Origin: Octopus sinensis
Taxonomy: Eukaryota
Assembly: GCF_006345805.1 (NCBI RefSeq)
Contig: NC_043015.1
Span: forward strand, 50,902,001-50,966,000
Reading direction: 5' to 3'
DNA length: 64,000 nucleotides
Shown here one piece after another: positions 51,349-62,113 of the stretch; positions within the stretch are counted from its first letter, which is position 1; each line of letters begins with the position of its first letter. A program made the translations under genes and the position numbers. The notes under the pieces are model-generated. The model ran no database searches. It saw nothing but the letters and a program-made list of their open reading frames with translations, and had not been told where the DNA came from.

Positions 51349-51765
51349 GGGATCTTTTCGGTTTGAACGGCAGTTTTTTAATATAATTTCCACCTAACTA
51401 AACACTTTTAAACTTCGTATACTGGTAGAATGTGTTTATAAAACATCTTTTTCTCTTGGCTTTATTGAGAAAATTCTATAGTTTGTAAGATATTTGTTGT
51501 TTTTTTTCTTCAGTTTCTGCAATTTCAACCAATCACTGACGTCTATTGAGGTAAAAAAAAGCATTCTGCGCCGTATGAATATGTCCCTCATTTAAGAATC
51601 AGATTGGGTTTGTTTACATTTCTGAAGAAAAAAAGATACCCTTCCTCCCACCCCTAACCCTAAAACAGATTGAAATGCAATAGATCGATACTAGGGTCAT
51701 AATTATGGGTGACAATTTCATACGACACCGCTAGAAAAAACTGCCGTTCAAACCGAAAAGATCCC
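51349..51765. mobile_element. MITE with perfect 31-bp TIRs (copy 2)
   Basis: GGGATCTTTTCGGTTTGAACGGCAGTTTTTT ... AAAAAACTGCCGTTCAAACCGAAAAGATCCC, with internal CCCTAACCCTAA. It truncates a family A SINE. Confidence 0.85.
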
Positions 51766-51914
51766 CTCATTAAGTGTGTATGTATCTCTCACTTGTTTCT
51801 ATCATTAGACTGCGGCCATGCTGGGGCACTGCCTTGACAAACTTTTAGTCGAATGAATCACCTCAGTATTTATTTTTTTTTACAGCCTGGTACTTATGCT
51901 ATCAGTCTCTTTGG

Positions 51915-51963
<49 letters not shown>

Positions 51964-52233
51964 CAGATATATATATATACAGAACATACGTTATACTTAG
52001 ATATATGAATGCTCATACATGCATATATATGCATGTATGCGCAAGTCCAGCTTAAATTGCCTGCCAAACAGCTCCAATGCACCATATGGTCAAAATAAAC
52101 ACCGCAGTGAATACAATGACGAAATATATAAATTTATAAATAAGGATAATATCGATATTTAAATATCGATCTTATCAAGTGGCTAGCATGGGAATAAATA
52201 CCATACAAAGGTAATAATTTTTTAAAACTATAT

Positions 52234-52948
52234 ATATGTTAGTTAGTTAATTTGGCTCAAAAGCAAATAGCAAGGCCATGTAGGGGGACATGGAGTTAAG
52301 TACAGGGTGGTGTTCATGTAAAGAGTTCAGGCCACTTGAGGTCCAAGGAGGCTTTGAACAAAGCGGTCGTCGGCATCTTCACCATCTCGTCTGGCAGCTT
52401 GTTCCACGGATCCGCAACCAGGACGGAGAAAGCTCCTCTCCTTCGATTGAGATGAAATCGTCGCAGGTAGAGCTTTTCAGAATGACCCCGCAGCCGACGC
52501 TCTGGAGCAGGAGTGAAGAACAGCTCTTTCGAGAGGTTACACTTTCCGCTTATGATGTTGTGGGCGAGAATGAGATCACCACGGCGGCGGCGTTTTTCAA
52601 GAGAATAAAGTTCGAGCGTCCTCAGCCTTTCTTCGTAGGACAAATTTTTGAGACCATGAACCATGCGGGTAGCCAGCTTCTGGACTCTTTCGAGATGCTG
52701 TATGTCTTTGAGGAGATAAGGAGAAGAGGCTTGAATCCCATACTCCAATATGGGTCTCACCAGCATGACATAGAGTGGTAGGAATATGGCTGCTGTGAGC
52801 ATTCCAAATGACCGTCGAATCAAGAACAGAATTCCACGTGCTTTGTTGGCAGCATGGACGCACTGGGCCGAAGGCGAAAAGGAGGAATCCACCAAGATAC
52901 CCAGGTCCTTTACCTGATCGGTCCTCTCCAGCAGCAGACGACCCGGCT
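52234..52948 (-). mobile_element. CR1-clade LINE 3' fragment
   Basis: LVRPILEYG...LERVQKLATRMV.GL..LSYEERL..LELYSLEKRRRRGDLI...LRGHSEKL...WNKLP, with a (TAAC)n tail. Confidence 0.9.
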
Positions 52949-53566
52949 TGAAATCAAGTTATTGAAATCAAATCATATATATATATATGTATATTTATAC
53001 ATATGAAATTTTGAATTTAATTCATGGACCCCCCCCCCCCCCAGTACTATGTTTGTGGACCACTAGGGGTCCAATGACCACAAATTGGGAATCAAGGTTG
53101 TAGCTTTTGTGGATACGAAACCATTGGTCACTCTATGACCAGAATTAAAAATACATATATATATATATAAGTGGCTGTGTTGTAAGAAGCCTGCTTCCTA
53201 TCCACATGGTTCTGGATTCAGTCCCACTGCAAGGCACCTTGGGCCTGTGTCTTCTTCTATAGCCTTGGACCAACCAAAGCCTTGTGAGTGGATTTGGTAG
53301 ACGGAAACTGAAAGAAGCCCGTCATATATATATATATATGTGTGTGTGCGTGCACGCGTATACATTTATGTGTGTCTGTGTTTGTCTCCCCTACATTGCT
53401 TGACAACCAATGCTGGTGTGTTTACATCCCCGTAACCTAGCAGTTCGGCAAAATAGACCGATAGAATAAGTACTAGGCTTACAATGAATAATCCCTGGGG
53501 TCGATTTGTTCTACTAAAAGGTAGTGTTCCAGCATGGCCGCAGTCAAATGACTGAAACAAGTAAAA

Positions 53567-53637
<71 letters not shown>

Positions 53638-53760
53638 ATATACACACACACATATATAATTATACATACATAAATAGTTGAATATTAAATTAAATGATCG
53701 TTTCATATCTTTTAGGGTAGAGGACTATCTTTATTAATTTTTACAAGGAAACCATTAACA

Positions 53761-53837
53761 GTGACTTCGAAGTTTCAGTTTACCAGCTCTCTCTATACAG
53801 TCCGAGGACAGCTAGTAAGCAGAATCTTCGAAGTCAC
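53761..53837. ncRNA. candidate pre-miRNA-like hairpin
   Basis: Perfect 12-bp base (GTGACTTCGAAG/CTTCGAAGTCAC) plus about 20 further positions with 4 mismatches. No known miRNA recognised. Confidence 0.3.
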
Positions 53838-54287
53838 AATCAACCTTTACTTTGTAAATTTCTCTCTCTTCCTTTCCTTTCTTCTAATCTTATGGCAAAT
53901 ACCACGTCCAAAAGGACGGTGATCAACTAAGATTTCTTAGAAACTGAAAATATTTAACGGTTTAGCAAACACAAGAAAAAAAGAAAAAAAAAGGAAGAAT
54001 AAAAAGACCGTATAGTGTCGAACTTATCCAATACAGGGAATCGAAAAACTCGAGTCAATTAAAAACTATCTATGTAATTAGTAGAAAAACACACCCCTTA
54101 AGTTAACACTGAGATGGTGTGTTTAGTCTGCTACTAATTGCGTGGATATTCTTAGTTGATTAAATTTCCCCACTTCCTATATTGAATATGTGAGGCCGTA
54201 CTGTATGTTTATTCAGTAAACAGAAGGCTACCCAGGGGCATCTTCTTTCCCACTCAGTCCTAAATTGTTGATTAAAAATAAGAAACG

Positions 54288-54317
54288 ACTTACTCAATCC
54301 GAAAAGTGTGCGCAGCT
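54288..54317 (-). other. candidate non-coding first-exon 3' end and donor of the CXorf58-like gene
   Basis: Minus-strand GGATTGA|GTAAGT perfect donor (54293-54288), 24 nt from the X-box. No ATG nearby. Confidence 0.45.
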
Positions 54318-54331
54318 GTCTCTATAGCAAC
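54318..54331. promoter_or_regulatory. RFX X-box in a putative bidirectional promoter (CXorf58-like / IFT80)
   Basis: GTCTCT-AT-AGCAAC fits the X-box consensus GTYNCY-AT-RGNAAC. It sits in a locally CpG-containing unique stretch between two divergent genes, one a core IFT gene. Confidence 0.8.
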
Positions 54332-55914
54332 GGAAGGCTAAAAACACAGACCGGGCTCGGCGGAAAGAAATAACTTTGAACTTAAAAAAACAAAAAGATC
54401 AGAATTTCGTAAATTTATCTTATTTTACTGTTTGCTAAAACTTACAATTTTTTTTAGAATAAATCTAAATTTAATAATAAAGAATGATATTGTTTTATAC
54501 TAAATAAAATTAGTTACGTGAGTTTAAACAAATACCTTAACATCGAAATGATTGATACAAAGTCGAAGAGTTGAAGATTTATCAAGCTCAGAATGTGTCT
54601 ATAAAGTGTTGTGGTTTCAATTTTCATTAAAAGCTACGGCCTCTTATCATTATTATGAAACAATTTCAATGAAATGATTATAATAATCAGACAGCAACGG
54701 ACGTCCTATCCGGTTTTCAGAAACCCGGAGTATTGTGCAAAATCCTACATTATGCATTATGCCTAGAGTAGAAAAGAATATATTGTGCATTATAGGGCGG
54801 TGATCTAGAAGGAACGTTAGCACGCCGGGCGACATGCGTAGCCGTATTTCGTCTGCGGTTACGTTCTGAGTTCAAATTCCACCGAGGTCGACTTTGCCTT
54901 TCATCCTTTCGGGGTCGATTAAATAAGTATCAGTTACGCACTGGGGTCGATATAATCGACTTAATCCGTTTGTCTGTCCTTGTTTGTCCTCTCTGTGTTT
55001 AGCCCCTTGTAGGCAATAAAGAAATAGGCATTTCGTCTGCCGTTACGTTCTGAGTTCAAATTTCGCTGAGGTCGACTTTGCCTTTCATCCTTTCAGGGTC
55101 GATAAATTAAGTACCAGTTACGAACTGGGGTCGATGTAATCGACTTAATCCGTTTGTCTGTCCTTGTTTGTCCCCTCTATGTTTAGCCCTTTGTGGGTAG
55201 TAAAAAGTAGGTATTTCGTCTGCCGTTACGTCCTTGTTTGTCCCCTCTGTGTTTAGCCCCCTGTGAGCAATAAAGGAATAAATATATTACTGAGTCGAAA
55301 GACCCTGATTTTGAAACTAGTTAATTTACTTACGGTGTGTTAAAAATACTGTTATTCTTCCATTTTTTAAAAAGTGGATCGATAAATATTAAACATAGGG
55401 GAAGAATTCACACAAAAAAAAAAAACAACAACAAAAGACGAAGACAGGTGGTATAGACAACAAACAGATGTATTAGCTTAACGCTGGGGAAGTGAAAAAG
55501 TCTTTAACGTTTCGAACCTACGCTCTTCCACAGAAAGGAACACAGAAAGAAACAAGGAGAGAAAATAAAGAATGTGTAGTGGTTTCACTTCCCGAGCGTT
55601 AAACTAATACATCTGCTTTTTTGTTTTGTTTCGTTTTTTTTTGTGAATTCTCCCCATATATTACACGCTCACGTGGTCGCACCAATTGATCCTGTCTTCT
55701 TTCATCACCCAAAGAACTTTTACGGTTTTTCTACCTGGACTTTCTACTATCGTACACTTCAGCTGCACCCCTCCTGCCCATGGATTACACTGGACTCCTC
55801 TGCCGATGAAATATTAAACATACTCTGCTTTTCAAGTGTATTAATTTGTACTTGAATATCAGTCAGATAAAATCGTGTTCTTTACTTTTCCTTATTTAAT
55901 TTTCGTCCTATAAA

Positions 55915-56858
55915 CATTATGCTGTATACATATGGCACAGTTTGAGACATTCTAAGTGGATTAACTAGATCTTTGGTAATGAATTAATTTGCACGGACTG
56001 ACCTAAGAGGGACCTGAGGGGTATGTACGCCACTCAGGAAAAGAAGTGTGTCCTTCTAAATATTATGCCTTTTCTCCTGGAATTGTATTCCCTGCTGACA
56101 TTGTGGGCAAGACTTCCACCCCCCACCCAAACCACCCTTAAAATAATTTTTTTTTTTTTAGAAACAAACCCCACTTTTCGGCTACGGGGAATACGAATCT
56201 GCAAAAATTGGCAAAAATCGGCATTTTAAAATTACCACCCTCCACCCCCATTTCCTTCATTTTTACTTTTCTCAGAATTTTTTTTTTTTTCAAAATATGC
56301 GGAAAAATACAGAGATCATGATTCTGAAAAAATTTCCCAAAATGTTTGTAAAATTTTTTTTAAGAATTTTTTTTTATAAATATGCGGGAAAATACGGACA
56401 TTATGATTCGGACAAAAATTTTAAAACATTTCTGTACTTACGGTTAGGGTTAGGGTTAGGGTGTTAGGGTTACTGTTGGGGAAAAAGTCAAAATTGTAGA
56501 ATTGGTGGGGTAAGGGGCCTGAAATTTAACAATGCCGATTTTTGGCAATTTTCGGGAACCTCCGTATCCGAAAACAGAGGTTTTTGGCAAAAAAAAAAAA
56601 TTAAATAGACAAATTTGGGAGAAAATGGTGGTGGTGGTGGTGGTAGGGGGGGACGGGCAGAAGTCTTTCCCATTATGCTGTATAGATATGGTACAGTTTG
56701 AGACATTTTAAGAATTTTAAGTGGATTAATAAATATCAACTAGACAATGATTAGTAAAGAATTAATTTGCACGGGCTGACCCAAGGGGGACCTGAGGGGC
56801 ACGTGCCCCACGCAAGAAAAGAAGTGCGTCCTTCTAAATAACGTTATTATGCCCTTTT
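55915..56858. mobile_element. complex repeat with terminal direct repeats, internal inverted repeats and TTAGGG hexamers
   Basis: Direct repeat 55915-56073 / 56671-56858, inverted repeat about 56160-56232 / 56520-56590, (TTAGGG)3 at 56444-56461. Confidence 0.55.
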
Positions 56859-57256
56859 TCGCTGACCTTGTGCCTTCACTTCGAAAAATACCTGGGACCA
56901 CGCCTGATTTGAAACTGTTAAGTTCTTTACTTTTCATTGTTCATTTTACATTTCAATTATGTATTTACACAGTCTCCGGAGAACTGGAAAATCCAAAAAT
57001 CCGGAACACTTCCGGCCCCAAGTTTACTGGATAATTAGTCCAGTACTGTAATAAAAATAATTAAAGATATGATTCGTTTCCATTTTATGATTTCTAGTTT
57101 TGTAAATGCTCATTTCCGCGCATGCACAACAGGATATCTTATAAAGTTGTCATGGAGTTGTAGGCTGGTAACTGTAAACAATTACTATTATTGTCTGATA
57201 ACTTTACACGTTCTCCTTGACTTGGCTGTTTATTTTTGGTGGCATATTTCAGGAAG

Positions 57257-57293
57257 ATGAGACTCAAGATTTCATTACAAAAAGAACCGAAAC
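57257..57293 (+). CDS. IFT80: IFT80 first coding exon
   Basis: tttcAG|GAAG-ATG. MRLKISLQKEPK(H) vs recalled human MRLKISLLKEPKH. Ends C|ATATCCTTT. Confidence 0.95.
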
Positions 57294-59147
57294 ATATCCT
57301 TTCTAATTCCATAATTACATCACAATTTTATTTATTTATACAAGCAGAAACTTTTTGCTGAAACTTAGTATAAGTTTTACGAATTATGTATGTATGTATA
57401 CGAGTTATGTTTTCATGTATAAGTACACTTGTCAACACTTGTCAATAATTAAATTTACATTCGTTAAATTCGTCTCAGTCCATATTATATATATCATATA
57501 GTAATGAGCAGCTAAAAAAAAAAGGTTATAATTTGCTGGCGAGTTATTATTTTATTTTCGCCACAATAACATTAAACCTGTTGCTTCGTTCTACGACTTT
57601 TCATATTTTATCAATTGTTCCCGCTTTTGAATTTGTATTTTATTATTTATTTTCGTCTACGTTATTCGTTGCTTTGAATTGTTACCATGTTGTTTTTTTC
57701 AGTGTTTATATCTGTCGTGTTTTTCTTGCGACACTGAATAAAAAAAACAAAACAAAACACGTACTTATAATGTTCGCAAACAAACACGAATTAAAAGTCG
57801 AAGCATTCTGTTACCCCCCCCCCGTTTCAGCAGACGGGTGTAATAGTAGGCGTGGCTGTGTAGCTAATAAGTTTAGTTCCCCAACCATGTGGTCTTGGGT
57901 TCAGCGCAGCACCTTGGGTCGACCAAAGCCTTGTGAATGGATTTGGCAGACAGAACTTTAAAGGGCCCCGCTGTACATGCATGCATGTATGTATATATGT
58001 ATGTATGTGTGTGTGTGTGCATGCATGTATGTGTGTGTGTCACCTTGTCTTAACATCGTGTGATAGTTGTAATTGAGTATCACTGCCCTGCGAGTAGTGC
58101 TCTTCATTTTCGATCTTTTTTTTTTTTTGGAAACTTGTTCAGTCATGGAGTAAGGAAGGGCAGAAAATCTACATCAACGAATTGTTTATCTTGGTCATTG
58201 ATACTTCATTCTTCTGAATCCTTAAAACTTGGATTATGCCCTCTATGAATATTAAGCTGGTCCTATAAGGCGGCAACCTGGCAGAATTGTTAGCACTCCG
58301 AGCGAAATGCTTAGTATCGTTTTTAGTCTGTCTTCATGTTCTGAGTTCAAATTCTGCCGAGGTCGACTTTGCCATTCATCCTTTCAGATTCAATAAAATA
58401 AATACCAGCTGAGTACTGGGGTCAATGTAATCGACTGCCCGCCTTCCAAAAAATTGCAGGCCTTGTGCAAAAATTCGAAACCAATATTAAGCACATCTTC
58501 ATCTTTGAATGCCCACTTTTCCATGTTTGCATGAGTTGCACAGAAATAATTGAGGTAGATTTTCTTCAGCGAGATGCCCTTCCTGTCACCCACCCTCACT
58601 TGTTTCCAAACCAGATAATATTTCCCCTTGGCCTGACTCAGTTTTCTGGAGAGGAACAGCATCACTTGAGTGACCATGATGCTCATTTAACAACCGTTTC
58701 CTCATCTCAGGATGAAAGTTCAGATGAACATATGCATTGTTGTTCATTTCCAATATTTCTGTGAAAACTTGTCTGTCCATAGGGTAATATTCCCTTGCTG
58801 GGAAATCAATGAAGGTTGGTGACAGGGAAGACATCCAACCATAGAAAATGTGCCTCAATAAGCTCCATCCAAGTCATGCAGGCATGGAAAAGCAGGTGCT
58901 AAGATGATGATGATGGTAACAAGCTTCTTTCTGTTTCCATCTATTAAATACACTAAAAACTTTGAATATCCTTAGGCTATAGTAGAAGACATTTTTCCGA
59001 GGTGCTGCACAATGGGACTGAACCTGGTACCACAGGTTTGGAAAACAAGATTCTTAACCTCAAGCCATGCTTGCACCTATGATAGCCACACCTGTGCCTT
59101 GTTATTTATCAACGTTTGTCATTATTGCTACCTTAACTCCTTCCAAC
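57294..59147 (+). other. U12-type AT-AC intron of IFT80, 1854 nt
   Basis: 5' ATATCCTTTC, branch CCTTAAC at 59131-59137, 3' AC at 59146-59147. C|AT rebuilds the His codon of KEPKH. Confidence 0.93.
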
Positions 59148-59369
59148 ATAGTGAACTTGTCAGCTGCGTCTGTTGGACATCTCCCGAAGAAGTTTATTCA
59201 GCAGCCGATGACCATCAAATTCTAAAATGGAACTTAAACCTAAATGAAAGCAGCAAATTTGTGACGTTACCCGATGGTGTCTACCCTACCAGTCTTTTGT
59301 GGACCCCTAAAGACGCCGGGAGTGGGAAGAAAGTTGGTTCTGATACATTTGTTCTTACATCAACTGATG
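59148..59369 (+). CDS. IFT80: IFT80 second coding exon (WD40 region); the gene continues beyond the window
   Basis: (H)SELVSCVCWTSPEEVYSAADDHQILKWNL...LPDGVYPTSLLWTPK...DTFVLTSTD(G)|GTaaat vs human [30 protein letters not shown]...FVLTSSDG. Confidence 0.96.
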
Positions 59370-59497
59370 GTAAATATTTTAGTCTTTTACCAATTCCTGC
59401 CATTACTCTCTGGCCAACTGTATTTCTTTTATTCTTTTACTTGTTTCAGTCATTAGACTGCGGCCATGCTGGGGCACCGTCGTGAGAAAGCAAATGC

Positions 59498-59569
59498 CTC
59501 CCCGGTAGGGAGTGCGACCTTGGTTTCCCACATGACCAGTGGGGATACTTACCACTATACTACAAAGGA
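59498..59569 (-). pseudogene. decayed tRNA-Asp(GTC) pseudogene
   Basis: 72 nt TCCTTTGTAGTATAGTGGTAAGTATCCCCACTG-GTC-ATGTGGGAAACCAAGGTCGCACTCCCTACCGGGGAG. D-arm intact, T-arm/B-box destroyed, U33 changed to G. Confidence 0.78.
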
Positions 59570-61755
59570 AGGGAAATAATGTTTCTTTGTCATTTAACCC
59601 CAGGTTGTCACACTCGTCTATAATCAAAGGCATGTCTGTTGTGTTTCTCCCAGGTAGTGGACTACATTACTCTCTGTTCTTCACAGTAATGTGCAATTTA
59701 AAGGACATTTGATTGCTATTTCTAGCTGGCTGATACTTTAATGATACCTTATTGTCTCCAATAAATCTATCGATGTCTACCCCTGGTCATGGGTGACCAA
59801 AAAGTTTGCTCAATTTCTTGTGTTAATCTGCAGAACAAATAAATATGTAATCTTATATCCACACAATCATCTCTACTCCCCACCACTTCCCCTAACTCAT
59901 ACATTATTGGTCATCCACCCTTCAACCTTATCCAGTCTTGACAATGGTCATTTCCCCTCCCCTCTCCTCACTTATATCCCATTTCTCACTCCCCTATACT
60001 TTCTTACAACCTTCATCCACCCACATTCCTGGTCCCTCTACCACATTCACTTCTACCCACCTTGTACTTTGAGGGGCCACCCAGACACTTCCTTACCACT
60101 ATTTTTATCTGTTTCCTCTTCCACCCAATCACCCGTGCCTCTTCTAAAATGTGAGTAGTCGTGTTGCTACTCTCCAACAAGAAACATTTTCTGCTCTGGC
60201 CCCTTTTCTCATATCTTTATCCTTCATCTCCTAGTGTAAAGCTGTCCCCTCAAGGTTTGTAGTCTTGTAAGTAGTGTGGTGATGTTACTAGTGCCAGTGG
60301 CATGAAAAAAAGCACCCCGTTCTCACTGTAAATTGACTGGTATTAAGAAGGGTGTCCAGCCATAGAGACCAAGCCAGAGCAGACACTGGGGCTCAATTCT
60401 GTCCATGGGACCATTGGATCCTGTCAAACCATCCCAACCCATGTCCACATGGAAGATGGACATTCAGTGGTAATTATAATAACTCAGGATTGAGAGGACT
60501 CTTTATTTTTCCTGAGAACAAGACGACCTCTATGATGGTGGTGCCAAGAAAAAAAATACACCCAATTAACTCTGCATATGATTAGGAAGGACATTCAGCC
60601 CTAGAAGCTATGCTAAAAGAGAGATTGGAGCAAGACATTGTTCTCCAACCTGGCTAATCTTGTTAAACAGTTCAACCTATGCCAGCATGGAAAGTGGATA
60701 CAAGTTAGACACAGGGGCTCAGGTTTGAGAGAATTAAGTGAAGTTAACTGTCTTTGTGTGTTTTTGAGTGGTTAATGTCTTCCAGACTGTAATCATTTAT
60801 TGTCTTTTCCTCAAGATGTTAGAATGTGATTTGAGGGTGACTCAGTTGATTCTTGGTTTTGCAATTCTGTAAAATTACAGGTAGATTAAAGTCGAACTTT
60901 TAATTACAGTGTAGATTTTGTTCCATATAAATGCAAACCAAATTTACTATTGTATTACATACAAAAAATAATGGTAGAATCAAATAATTTCATAGATTTT
61001 ATTCTATATAAATCAAACCTAATATTATATAAAATTTCATATAATTAATTAAAAGTTCTAATTTTATTTCTATCATATATTTTGTTCCGTATAAATTCTT
61101 GAAAGTAGAATCAAAATTATATCAGAAACTTGTACAATGAAGAAGCTGTCTCCTTATTCTAAACTGTTTTGTTAATCTAAGGAATTCATTAAAATTTCTC
61201 CTCTTCAGAAAAAACAAACAAACCTTACAACAAAACAAAACAAAAATAAGCATTTGTAGTAAACCTCTTTGTAATCCTATGAGAACTGTCATAACATCCT
61301 TAAGATCAGCAGATATCTTGAGAATACAGAAATATCTTTGGTGAGAGCTTGTTCTACCGTTCTTATTGTAAATAACCATTCTGAGTTAAAGAGGAAGCCC
61401 CTTGTAGTCATCGTTGGAAATAACAGTTAAATCTCTTACAAGTTACATCTTGCCATCTTATAAAAAGGAAGGACACATTTGATAATTGAATCATTGGTAT
61501 ACTCATCATCATCATCATTGAATGTGTTTTCTCTGCTTGTTGAGTTGGGTGGTTTGATAAACCAGAGGATTACATTGTACTGTGGCCCCTTCCCCCATAC
61601 TTCTCCCCCCCACAGTCTCCCAGCAGAAAGCTGTTTCCTCCGAGTTCTTGTAAGCTGCGTCACAACCTCATCTAAGCTACTGGCACCAAAAGAGCACCCA
61701 GTGCATGCTGTAAAATGGTTGGCATTACAAAGGGCATCCAACTTTTGAAAGTATG

Positions 61756-61915
61756 CCACTACTACCCCCATATCACCTGCTACCACTACCTCCAGTATTT
61801 TGTCATCTACCACTACTACCCCCATGCATTTATCACCTGCTATCACTACCTCCAGTATTTTGTCATCTACCACTACTACCCCCATGCATTTATCATCTGC
61901 CACTATTACCCCATG
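61756..61915 (+). repeat. minisatellite, unit about 60 bp, about 2.7 copies
   Basis: CCACTACTACCCCCATGCATTTATCACCTGCTATCACTACCTCCAGTATTTTGTCATCTA repeated head to tail. Confidence 0.88.
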
Positions 61916-62113
61916 TATTTATTACATCTCCAGAGAAGCAGTTATCATTAAGTTTACCTCTGGTAAACTTACCACAGGCTTGTTGTAGCCTTCAAGGTGG
62001 AGGTTAGAAGCTTAGTCTAAGTAGAATATTTCAGTATTTGTACAGTGGAGAAATAAATTCAAAACACATAATTTTCGTGGGTTTAACAAAAAAAAAAGAT
62101 TATCATTATTGAA

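Noticed and set aside
52290-52781. 163-aa plus-strand ORF
   Set aside because: It is the antisense shadow of the CR1 ORF2 fragment on the minus strand.
56444-56470. TTAGGG repeats as a telomere or fusion scar
   Set aside because: Only 3-4 units are present, embedded in an interspersed element, and similar hexamers occur in other repeats (39841, 51651).
61756-61915. Regular 60-bp repeat as a CRISPR-like array
   Set aside because: The units are contiguous with no unique spacers, the context is eukaryotic, and there are no cas genes. It is a minisatellite.
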